Source: a virus
Virus record (IMG/VR): IMGVR_UViG_3300028394_000070
Coordinates: 7,522-71,521 of that record
DNA: 64,000 bases
Strand: one strand, 5' to 3'
Position numbers and translations under genes: made by a program. Shown here piece after piece: positions 46,001-54,100 of the stretch; the first letter of the stretch is position 1; every line of letters begins with the position of its first letter. The notes under the pieces are model-generated. The model did not search any database and had not been told where the DNA came from. It saw only the letters and a program-made list of their open reading frames with translations.

Positions 46001-48722
46001 TCTCAAGCTTATCCTGTATTCTTTGTTTTACATCAGATAGCTCATTATACTTCGAATAAAGAACCTCTTGTACATTGTTAGCATCATCAGATGATATTTC
46101 ATCACCATTCATTATGCCTTGGTATGTCTCCTGTATATCAGCAGGAACATCACCCATAAAGTCTAGGTCAGCTATAGGAACACCTAAAGCAATACGATCA
46201 GCTACTAGGCTTATGTCTAGACCTGGGATTATTTTCTCTTCTACAGTCTCTTCTATATAGCTATATGACTTCAGCTGGTCTGCTATTTCCTGAGCTTGCT
46301 GTGCAGCCTTCTCTGTTAATTCAGTTTTTACAGGTGCTGATGAAAATGACTTTGCTAGTGTTTCTAAAGCATTTACAGTTCTTTCAACCTTATTCTTAGG
46401 TATAGGCTCACTATTTTCTAATGAACTAACTAAGTTACTTATAAATCCCTTCCCTGATTGAACAGTAGATACAAATGTTCCAGCTGCATTCTGTTTTGAT
46501 GAGTTACTCACTAAAGCTTTTGTCATAGCCTCTAGTCCAGCGACAGATTCGAACAGTACAGGATTAGCTGGAGCCTTCCACTTCTGGTCAGCTATAGACT
46601 TTAATTCTGCTTGTATCGATATTAACCTAGCTCTATAACCATCTAACATACTAGGGTCTGCGGTAGCCATGTCAGTTTCTATTCGCTTCTTGTCTAGTAT
46701 CAGTTCTATAGAACGCTGTCTTACGGCATCGTCCTTTATGTATTTTGGTATAGCAGCCTTTGCCTCTTTAGCTATCTTTAGATTCTCAACGAAACTATCT
46801 CGTTGTTGCTGTGTTATCTTTCCAGACGTTAGTAATCCATCTGCAACAAGATTCAAGTTATTAAATGCTTCATTATCTCGTATGGCAGCTGATGCTATCT
46901 TTTCGTATGATTGATTATCTGATATCACATCTCCAGCTACAGATATACCACCAGTTCCGAACATACCTAGTACAAATTGTTCAACTGATTGCTTGCCAAA
47001 TTCTGCCATTGTAGGAATCTGGAATCCTGGATCTTCTTTATCTTTTACGAATTCGTTAAATGCTAACTTAGTTACCTGTTCCTGTGTATTTTGCAATACC
47101 TCTGTAGTTCCTTCTGGTATTCCTCTTACAAGTGCCTTTTGAGCAGATTCGTATGTTTTTTTAAATAAACTATTAATTATTTCTGCTTTAGGAACACCTG
47201 CTTTTGTCTGAGATCTAATAAATTGCTTTGTACTATTCTTTAGCATCTCTCTTTCCCATCCTTTTAGCAAGCCTTGGACAGGAAGATATTCAAGAAAACC
47301 TGATCCAATAGCTACCGTTTTAGCGAATATCTCTGCTTCATCTTCTTCAAATCCAGCTAATCTTGCATCATCTTTAAGGTCGCCAAACATCATACCGTAA
47401 CCTGCCATAAAACCTCCTACAGGACCACCTCTATATGTAGCAGCTATAACCGTTCCCATACTAGAAACTAATTGCCCAACAGCATGGCCTCCGTTTGCAG
47501 CATTTAATCCATCCAATATACTCACCTCTGATGCTAGTGCTGTTATTGGATTTGATTTCTTATAGTCTTCTAATTCTTTTTTTCTATTTACAACAAATTG
47601 CTTTACAGCTACAGCTATAGGGTCTGGATTATTTTTTAGTTTTTCGTTATATTTAGGATCGTCAAATACAAATGCTCCAGGTCCAGTCATGGATTCCGCA
47701 ACTGAATTAGCTAGAGATAATGCCATTCCATAAAGATCCTCTACATTACTTTCTAAAAATACAGCAGCTCTATATCCAGCTGGCATACTATCTAGAAAGT
47801 CTGAGGCGAATTGTACATCTTTTTTATGTTGCTTTTTCTGAAAAGGTTCTTGTACCTCGTTAGATACCCTATTGATTATAATCTGGTCGTATAATTCATC
47901 CTGCTTCTTTTTCAATAGAGCCTTGTCTGCCTGTGGGTCTTTTAACATTTTAGTGACCTCAGTAGTCAGATTAAACATATTCTTTGTAGACTCTTCTTGT
48001 AATGCTTTTATCGTAGCGTAGCTTGATATAAAATCAACAGTACCTTTCGCTGAATGATTTCTTCTAACTGCTATCTTTAATTGTTCTTTTTCTGGTTGAG
48101 TCAATTTAGCAATCTCTGCTCCTGATAATCCTAGTATTTTATTTTCTAGTGGAGCTTGTCCCAAATAATTACCAACTGCTGATATTTCAGCTCCTGGAAT
48201 TTTCCCATTATCAATTGCATCAAATATCCACTCAAGGTCTTTATCAGCAGCTTTATATTCATCAATCATCGTCTGAGAGATATTCAGATTTATCTCTTCT
48301 TCTGACTTTGGCCTAGCTATCTCTCTTCCTATTGTATTGAGTGTGAAGTCAGGTAATTCTTTTTTTGGTGCAGCTACAAGTGGATATTCTTCTTGCATAG
48401 ATTGCTCTTCTTGCTGCATCGGTTGAAACGATGATGGTATCCTACTAGACTCCAGCTTAGGTCTAAGGTAGTTACTAGTCAATGCCTGTGCTTCTTCCAT
48501 CGACTTACCGCTAACCATGCCAGCTATATCTCTTGTCTGTGTGTCCGTCAATGTCACACCTGCATTTGAGAAGTATCTCTTAACCTGCTGGGGGTTCATA
48601 TTAGCAGGAAGCTTTGGTTTAGCAGGTGGTTTTTTATATGATCCTGCCATAGATGGAAGCCCATCTTCTTCGCCATTATTATAGTCAACCATGCTTGGCA
48701 ATACTAATTCTTCATCATCCAT
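37041..48722 (-). CDS. 3893-aa polyvalent virion (ejected) protein: zincin peptidase, GNAT-like and HhH glycosylase-like domains
   Basis: HEAMH..EEFLAE; CFD..LP.YY..FGFK; WY..ALAITS..GPKIG..VTIDLWM; located after ejection genes. Confidence 0.8.
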   Translation of the reverse strand: MDDEELVLPSMVDYNNGEEDGLPSMAGSYKKPPAKPKLPANMNPQQVKRYFSNAGVTLTDTQTRDIAGMVSGKSMEEAQALTSNYLRPKLESSRIPSSFQPMQQEEQSMQEEYPLVAAPKKELPDFTLNTIGREIARPKSEEEINLNISQTMIDEYKAADKDLEWIFDAIDNGKIPGAEISAVGNYLGQAPLENKILGLSGAEIAKLTQPEKEQLKIAVRRNHSAKGTVDFISSYATIKALQEESTKNMFNLTTEVTKMLKDPQADKALLKKKQDELYDQIIINRVSNEVQEPFQKKQHKKDVQFASDFLDSMPAGYRAAVFLESNVEDLYGMALSLANSVAESMTGPGAFVFDDPKYNEKLKNNPDPIAVAVKQFVVNRKKELEDYKKSNPITALASEVSILDGLNAANGGHAVGQLVSSMGTVIAATYRGGPVGGFMAGYGMMFGDLKDDARLAGFEEDEAEIFAKTVAIGSGFLEYLPVQGLLKGWEREMLKNSTKQFIRSQTKAGVPKAEIINSLFKKTYESAQKALVRGIPEGTTEVLQNTQEQVTKLAFNEFVKDKEDPGFQIPTMAEFGKQSVEQFVLGMFGTGGISVAGDVISDNQSYEKIASAAIRDNEAFNNLNLVADGLLTSGKITQQQRDSFVENLKIAKEAKAAIPKYIKDDAVRQRSIELILDKKRIETDMATADPSMLDGYRARLISIQAELKSIADQKWKAPANPVLFESVAGLEAMTKALVSNSSKQNAAGTFVSTVQSGKGFISNLVSSLENSEPIPKNKVERTVNALETLAKSFSSAPVKTELTEKAAQQAQEIADQLKSYSYIEETVEEKIIPGLDISLVADRIALGVPIADLDFMGDVPADIQETYQGIMNGDEISSDDANNVQEVLYSKYNELSDVKQRIQDKLENTTSKEKQQKLTESIEAISEIQAKLGEDITMLDRYKKETRINEEATGLKPESRTKPVVKQERQQKQTQQEPTEKQGKLSEQELAEMEYDYSNPSESVTSMIDEQADASKIYKLLNNAIKFINKIAPNVKIYVHSTSQEFYDSVYSTSGANEHNLTDDAAFVMGNNGKPKAVHFNLETMLGKKDPKERAEAIRTFAHEAMHVGLHTIFGNDQKLFKSFQGKLSKVLESADLASLNDFIENYRDPNKEDVTAEEFLAELGGMMSAEGRKIPKPILSRIAQLINNTIVSAARKLKISVDPNLLFKNTNDTNDVIDFFNTMAESTRTGIVQGVQGKAEPLLKQQTKNIVTENEQVAVSRPRRTPEKEESKNINTIFEESTVKKNETARRIKEQQEIDRRPDRRVEDLPKLLESYISRSSGTRGIDKRDVRGTKRLGGLTVNTIAEYTLDNKIDEGIKKAFPDFMGVQKVYEITDGVAYKKLMINSLKDNKFAAAVTIHTPEEFNDMRMFVTEDGSTGVTITKDGFLGGAFSSPTRPKNVSQLLILGIKEGASTAECFDTILPNYYADFGFKAVSRTAFNDEYKPMVENGNTTKDWDYETFKKFNNGRPDVVFIIYDGGNRNTIEDRIGQFQVYTTVNTNKEIVEVEKANTKSFDKDGYDSAEEVMKQQAVKRLEYDIENNVNETTTTRARRSAPIEADPAKVASEQMPMSASNILYKDSEELPKPEKKVKNAAVAIELQNAAANYWGGSIVTSDDITPEQEELITNNGIQEAIDALEDNENESAANWYSTAIQVAIAVAGVIHPELVSRASAMKYEVFSKEKDPEGAARMALRMALAITSQNLNVDVNTKYAEEQFDYFKKNGRFNSKKKYGAKAPAISSNLELANTIIDKMGLNAAEEFISKGFTVADLETAFKEATGNKVKISGLRNDDVNGAAIFGPKIGQGFLQNLMGKFDPVTIDLWMRRTWGRWTGDVVGDGVTEDRMAKLYMTVTQGIKNKELNIKLPKEFKKHKPVQVKNEKGELNWTMDDKFTFDRENDLDFVAALNSISDEIRLIADNHYKNIHYIPMSKEMYAKFLSGEMSYVQASNKLKALNERQKEKYKVYAAAQKAKGLKPLAQNDKKVKDGETIKGWISLQNEKDGRTFIPTNEEISAKKPEWGNAAKNIIMDLNPIDIPSNQDRRVITRVVNNIRKGLVERGYDVTNADVQAILWYPEKDIWAKLRGEEPSNLKLSYDKQFIEIATDRGLGEQAEAVAKEIRGGGAERTSTAPDQGPNGGVRGVANAESTTRARRTQVNVTDQIAQLREQEQAENDATDPNDEAKLKEIYDRYDKLITPLLEQEKGQAEPSTRARKSTYNEYSRDNPKIIELNEEGLELEQITPNVIVDNISRLQMERANKNSRTWEVTTEVDGDVVFKGSLKAAKNYIEDENLITGKVQYREDEPTTRARRTQSSQQYYNTARATDQGTKADRDNQVKIYDKAKAFLDNFYASGGIKDDEHEALYIGLSDDGIDLNPNDLFQLRFDIKEGNRPKFGENKGGQGFAQQEGTKTRKSSVLDRIKTKLEKLGSDKSLNRKIINKLKESLHYTVQNQDDAMRIAQMVVDEFGGIDGPQDVQDLYDLSNEFSGAVKTFIVGNVLNEAYKLAKKAAKGSAEQLRYQQIINSSSSLLAERARENGREIAALYKLYLNSPEGMYTIEAKKFLQDVEAAFTDKSQKAKIDALIKELKDAKAEAARLALEVDAVRATIATATGGPVTTPPKPGKPTTPKPPKPPKPQTTPATPTQENLKKERSLFQQLKDRLKALGNTRARRQYPAGVDADVVDILAEIARVNFERGIFDFYDIKDAIAKKLAKDNMSISDAHYTEMWNDIWREAGNAQIAYNAEILAKRIVFKTKQTAPTSAPMTDPIKLIKDELFKRATQDIKDFDVENETEFDKLRRLLYHYGTMTKPIWNESKAAVERQIEALDPTKYTDAAKAELRRKLDSFFNDTIANALPRSEKKITATFAEDVKDKQLKIQDILLLPNETIASNREDFVADLVDRLVSQTGISYSDAQAITEAFTKEYDKLAQKTAEKVLARSVPRTKSKDKILKKSSAERAFEMIKYGAIDQNASLTDKDGNLTDLNDLFSDIFGLPKMNQEIRDNLKIFAEQIAKTKPNSILRQQFYNDMMSYIEFQKIRDSLAGSIILSQIYHNVLFSMDTMVKAFNSNVINMPHEFVTQAIRATFEGDFRLIPLIAKSYFGRKGEKNTEVWFKEGMNNAKLTLAGMVETENFNTTNTAEILSKQNESPALKAWGKYARKSNRFLGSIDTLFTSAATGARISDLLYDEIKYLAKQNGITLSTKQIADTVANIQGVKFTPGLGDSPVVKAIAQAKIEFTEAELDINAKRNVKLFRARVMEIVREGAKDRAAAYIVNNGWASELDGARIDEIISTAKELASKVGLVGNPPGTFGILAHFLKLPGKAMPGSQVLIGNMFANAPMNAAEKILQGNTLIGGIVLITRLLKNQRGLLNSNKATSEFYTNEGIRTEMYGRVTSTVLGRDVNMEKKEMIVRYTMLQAVLVPLSILSTTAIVGAIGKALDDDDERKEGILKDGIMAVGKISENERHMLFFGDKTAEEGSEEFNGQWKNLKTYVTGPMYGYTDPGAYSKMSAMKSMYGIEPYCVYSYGKLVTRYNDNPLLAAVFGSIGANNDVVLFNNNPEKPTETWTQQMMQSSFLQLMLVKDQAAIKPVMEIADAIGAKSSYSAPGLEDMGDRAQLLFTKKVSNLISNFFVAAEVKNFNQDMKSLQGIAGKDPREWYDFVTFRVPVIENIIRKEKTDAFDFPIEEKTKRVLPVGTQGLLYVRGADGVLQFPQVDQIMNGPGGKYYAMFKKYDNDQFDKPGIFSYVERDPNDEEGESKVKSLTLEQKNLVRDEYKKIMRQFCDDRYDELKSGISKMEFDLELDQFLANYDENESGYKDYILKKVIGENAFIDETIDEKIEDKIDEQFRIRD

Positions 48723-48733
48723 GATTCCTTATA

Positions 48734-50449
48734 TTAAAATGCAAATTGATATTTTTGATCTTTTAAAAATTGCTTATACTTAGCACGGTCAGCATTTGGA
48801 TCTTTCTTTAATTCTTTCGCAAAAGCGGCATCGAATTCAGCTTTGGTTATTTTTTTATTGCTACTAGTACCAGTTGATGCTCCACTAGATCCTCCTCCAG
48901 ATTTTCTTGCAATCCATTCATCTATAGTTCCGTATCCTTTAACTTTGTAATTTTTTGAATTACCGTCTATTTGCATTAATGCATCTTCTAATCCTTTGTC
49001 TTTTACTGCTGCATTTTTCAAATGATTAAGATCAGATATTTTTAATGGCACGTCTAATTCAAACATTATAAGCGATGATCCACTTCCAGCTACTGTTGAT
49101 GACATCTTAGCGTAGTATTGGTCTTTATCTTGATTGTAATATATCTCATCTATCTTTTGTAGTTTTTTATTTGGACTACTTGGTATAGTAAGAACGTCAT
49201 TTGTTTGTGATACTTGCGCTGTTGGATATCTAGAATGAGCCACTTCTGCACCTGCCTTATCTAAGGCTTTAAATCCAGGTAGCATTTTCTTTTCTTCTGT
49301 AGTAAGTGAATTAGGATCACTTTTATATTTATTATATGCTTTTATTATTTTAGCATCTGACATACCAGAAACTTTGGGGTAATATATTTTAACTGTGTTC
49401 CTTACATTTGGTCCCACATGCTCGCCTCCTAAAATAGCTGTTGGATTAGGCTTAGGATCAGTGTCCTTAGGAGGTCTAGGCCCTGGTGTTGCTTTTGGAA
49501 CAGGATTCATATTCTCATCAACAGTATGCTCCATGATCCATTTAGCTTTATGATTTTTGTCGTAATCATCTCTAACTATCTGCTTGTTAACCATTTCATA
49601 GGTCACCTTACCATCTAGTGTAGGGTCATTAAGAATCATTTGCTTCTGTGTCTCTAGGGCTAGATCGCCATATTTCATTTTTCTATCTCTAGAAATTCTA
49701 TTGACAGCATTAGCAACGAAATCATTATCTGATATCATTCTTTCTCTATGTGCGTTATACATATCGTCATTTGGCACATATACTTGAGTCACTTGTGACA
49801 ATTGTCCTTTTACATCTGCCTGTTGCCTTATAATAGGATCTATTTTGTTTTGTCTAAATACTTCTATGTCTGGCTTGTAGTTTTCAAATTCAGCAAGATC
49901 GTTTCTTACTTTAATGCCTCTATAGTCAATCGTATTTGTTTTTGGATCGTATGGTATCCCTAATGAATTCCATTGCTCAACTTGTGTCTGTGTTGGCCTT
50001 CTTTTAGCAGGGTCGGTACTTGATGACCATTCTGCTACATCCTCGATCACAAGGTTGCTTGGATCTTGATTCTTCAAATTTATATTATCAAAACCAGCAG
50101 ATTCTTTTTCTAGTTGATTCATGTACTGGGCCATTGCTACAAATTCTTTCGTAGCACCTTCCATATCATCTTCTTGAACTCTCTCTGTTATTCTTTCTCT
50201 AGCTCCTGCCATATATTTATTGGCATCATCTTGAACTTTTTTATTGAGATTTTTAATTTCATATGGCACAATTCTCTCAAGTTGTTTATCTCCCTCAAGC
50301 TTCTTCTCTTTTTTCGCTATAGCTCTTTCCTGAGATTTTCTTGCAAGGTCAGCAGCCTGGAATTGCATAAGCTGAGGTGTAATATCTTTAGCTCTATATC
50401 CTAGACCTATAGACTCTCCCATAGATGCTGCTGTAACTTCTTCTGCCAT
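48734..50449 (-). CDS. putative ejection/internal virion protein
   Basis: helical, charged; position in the podovirus ejection cluster. Confidence 0.6.
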   Translation of the reverse strand: MAEEVTAASMGESIGLGYRAKDITPQLMQFQAADLARKSQERAIAKKEKKLEGDKQLERIVPYEIKNLNKKVQDDANKYMAGARERITERVQEDDMEGATKEFVAMAQYMNQLEKESAGFDNINLKNQDPSNLVIEDVAEWSSSTDPAKRRPTQTQVEQWNSLGIPYDPKTNTIDYRGIKVRNDLAEFENYKPDIEVFRQNKIDPIIRQQADVKGQLSQVTQVYVPNDDMYNAHRERMISDNDFVANAVNRISRDRKMKYGDLALETQKQMILNDPTLDGKVTYEMVNKQIVRDDYDKNHKAKWIMEHTVDENMNPVPKATPGPRPPKDTDPKPNPTAILGGEHVGPNVRNTVKIYYPKVSGMSDAKIIKAYNKYKSDPNSLTTEEKKMLPGFKALDKAGAEVAHSRYPTAQVSQTNDVLTIPSSPNKKLQKIDEIYYNQDKDQYYAKMSSTVAGSGSSLIMFELDVPLKISDLNHLKNAAVKDKGLEDALMQIDGNSKNYKVKGYGTIDEWIARKSGGGSSGASTGTSSNKKITKAEFDAAFAKELKKDPNADRAKYKQFLKDQKYQFAF

Positions 50450-50481
50450 GACTTATTGAATTTTATTATAATTCGATTTTA

Positions 50482-51087
50482 TTATCCTTGACCTATGCCT
50501 GCACCAAGACCAACACCACCCATTCCACCTTGTAGTGCCAAGCCTGATAGACCAGATATAGTATCTCTAGTAGATTTATAAGATTCCGATATTACATTAC
50601 CGTAATTAGCAACCTGCTGATCATATTTTTGACCTGCATCCTGCTCGTTAGCTGTTTGGTATTTACCGATATCAGTTGCATAAGCATCTGCTGCATTTAA
50701 GTCTTGAGCTTGGCCTGCCCTGTTCATACGAGCTGATTCAGCTGCCATTTGTACATTAGCTCTTGCATTTTGGTTCGCAAATCCTGCTTGTATTGCTTGA
50801 GCAGAACCGCCCATTCCTTGCATTTGTTTTGCTAGTCCTGCATTAGTTGATGCTATATCTTGTCTACTTCGATTTCTTTCAGCGTCTGTAAAACCTTGGT
50901 ATTGTTTTGATCTGTTTAATCTATTTTGATATGCAGCTAATACCTCTTTAGGGGTTGTAAGCTGAGGTCTTTTCCCCATTCGGTCTAATGCTCTTTGAGC
51001 TTTTTTCCTTCTTTGTGCATCCATGACCAATCCATAGGTCATCCCTATACCACCTAGTACTAAACTTGCTACACCTGCTGCTGACAT
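50482..51087 (-). CDS. putative pilot/ejection protein
   Basis: G/A-rich hydrophobic termini, Q/A-rich coiled coil. Confidence 0.65.
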   Translation of the reverse strand: MSAAGVASLVLGGIGMTYGLVMDAQRRKKAQRALDRMGKRPQLTTPKEVLAAYQNRLNRSKQYQGFTDAERNRSRQDIASTNAGLAKQMQGMGGSAQAIQAGFANQNARANVQMAAESARMNRAGQAQDLNAADAYATDIGKYQTANEQDAGQKYDQQVANYGNVISESYKSTRDTISGLSGLALQGGMGGVGLGAGIGQG

Positions 51088-51108
51088 GATATTTATTTTT
51101 TATTGTTA

Positions 51109-51116
51109 CAAATATA
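51109..51116 (-). promoter_or_regulatory. -7 element TATATTTG
   Basis: consensus match upstream of the ejection genes. Confidence 0.6.
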
Positions 51117-51117
51117 G

Positions 51118-54100
51118 TTAACTATTCCAAAGCCTTGCCATCGGATTAAATTTCAATATCATATTTGTTAGTCTCTGAAACACACCAGATTGATAATGAA
51201 ACCTAACCTTTATCCACTGGCCATACAAGAACGTATTATCATTACCTGTGCTACCATTATCTAAGTTGTTAGGTATTGGAGCTACGTACTGATCTAGCTG
51301 CTCTAAGAACTCCACTGGGTTTATTAGTGTCGTGTGATTCTTTGTAAATGCCTCTACTTTATACGGAGCAATTTCTGTATTGCATATCAACGATATGAAG
51401 TGCTTGGTAGTGTTAGGGTCAATATTAAAGACAATGTCTATATACCCGTCTTCAATTTGGCCACCTGAGCTAGACATATACCACTCTAGATACTTTCCTT
51501 CATTATGCTCGTATATCTGATTAGAATTACTAGATGGAGATGGTGACAAGAAAGTGTCCTTGTACTGAAGATAAATTCTTGGATGAGGTGTCTCTTCAGA
51601 AATTATAAACCTATTCTTAACTTCACTCCATACAATAGTTCTTAAACTATAGTACTCAATGTCATCAAATGGAATCGGTGTATAATATTCCTCCCATCCT
51701 GGATCCACTCCTGGATTTAGCGCATTATTAAACTCACTACTCTGGATACATAGGTATAGTATTGGAAACTGCTCGAATCCATATGTATTAGTTGTATCGT
51801 ATGTTATAACCAACTTTCCTTCAGCAATGGCCGTTAATGGCTCCCAAATAACGTCTGGCTTTCTATACGCACGACATGTCCATGAAGCCTCGTTAATACG
51901 CTGGTTCCATATACCATGAATACCATAGTTGTCGGCAGGAGTTTGGTAGTTAACTACCCACTTAAATCCATCGTTAGCTAGCGTTCTAATATTTGTTCTG
52001 TCAGAGATTGGCACGGCTCCATCTGCACCAAAGCGCATAAACTTCTTGTTGATTGAGTCATACCAATACAATGTATCATCACCTCCAGCAGACTTACCTA
52101 GAAACGATGACCACTTGTCTGAGCATCCGTAGCTAGTTATAGTTAAACCTGGTCTAGATAATACACCTGCGTCCCCTAGTACAACCTGAGAACCATCACT
52201 TACAGATAATGTACCTCTGGTATTTACAAACTGCTTTTGGAACTTTTTAGTCTGTAGAGTAAACAACTCACCGTTAACAACCTTCATGTCTTCTATTGGG
52301 CCGAATGATGGATCTAAGTCTCTCAATGAAAACGGGCCAAATCTTCTGTAGTTGTTTGTTATTGAGCCTTGTGGCTTATTGTCAGAGTAAATTATCCTAG
52401 TATTTAATGTTTTTGTTTTATTGTTTATCTCACCAGACCTGTATCCAACCTGTAAGTTATTAAGTGAGTAACCGTTGTTGTATGGATTAGAATCTAGTGT
52501 TATTTCTGTATTCTCCCAGGCTCCGAAGTTATTTGGTCCATAGCTGTATGGATATATTTTACTACCATCGCTATCGTCAATTAAATAATTATTGACTTTT
52601 GATTGTAGCGTTAGGTTTATTGTTTGAGCAGCTGTTGGATACGTACCAGGATTGTTAATAGCTTTGATACGTGTTATATGCTTGAAGTATGGATTAACAG
52701 TGAAGGTATCCCCACCAAATACATCAATCTTAGTGACATTGTTTTGGTATATATATGCCCCTGTGTAAACATAGTTATCTAGACCACTATCTGAATATTG
52801 CTGTGTTGTACTAGGCTTCTTTTTTATTTGTACAATCCTAAATCCATGATCTTTATCTGTAGGGTTTACTTTAAATGGATCCAATCTCGGCAAACCTCCT
52901 CCAGGGCTTGGCACTTGGACTACATAACTAGCTGGGCTTTGGAATATGTCAGTTGAAAATATAACTGGTTGCGCACTTCCTGGTGGAGGAAATGTCCCTA
53001 CATTACCTGAACCGTTAATGGTTAAGAACGCTCCACTGACCCAACTGCCTGGAGTTAATTTAAATATAACAGCATCATTACCATTTCCTTCTACTGTTAT
53101 ACCTACACCACTACTAGCAGCGTCAGTATTAAAATAACTAAAGAAAGTAATATTTGATATACCACCAAAAGGCACAAAATATGATGCTACAAATTGATTA
53201 TTATATGTAAATGTATAGTTACTTCCTCCAATTCCCCCATACGTAACATCATATCCACCCATTGAGTGTAAATTACTTACATTCAATACTGTAGGTAGTG
53301 CAGATTGGGTAAATCCAGCCCACCCCCAGTTTTTATATGATATCGAATTAAATGTGTTTGCACCTGTCCCCTGCACAAATAATGCAGATCCTAGTTGAGG
53401 AATAAGTTTTGAGTCAGTTATATTAACATCTTCTTTTACATTATTAGTAATTACATATCCCTTTCCTATAACACCTTGTCCGTAATTTATTATTGTATCT
53501 CCTGCTCCTATATCTTTATTGTATGGTACTCCATCTACGATATTTACCATAGATTCGGCTAGGTAGATACTAAAATAATTTTGCGGTGATCCATTTTGTA
53601 TATCATTATTATTATTACTGATAAATGGATAGTCCGCTATATATCCTTCGTTATTAGTTGTGATATTATTAGGAATCTTTTCATATACAAACGATCCTAA
53701 TGTAGGTGATATCTGTACCTCATATAGACCAAATCCAATGTTTGCATCTATTTGTTGTACTGCTATTCCACATCCAGTAATTGTCTCATTGGCTTCATTT
53801 AACTCAACCCTAAATATTTCAATCTTATCAATAATATCATTAGCTAAATATTCATTTATCAATGTATTGTATACATTAGAAAAGTCTAACTCTATATAAG
53901 GAACTAAATTTTCATCTGTCCCCCCTGGGCCTGTTCCTGGTGATACTAAGTCATAGTCTGTTAGTCCCGATGTTCTTTTATTATCAGATGATGATTGATT
54001 TGTATCTATAGTAATATCAGAAATCTTATAGACAGGTGTGATGTCTCCATTTTTAAATGTAAACCTAACTCCGATCCTATAGGTCTCATTTATCATGTAA

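Noticed and set aside
37041-48722. Virion RNA polymerase
   Set aside because: No DFDID/NADFDGD-type catalytic motif seen; recognisable domains are peptidase, GNAT-like and HhH-like.
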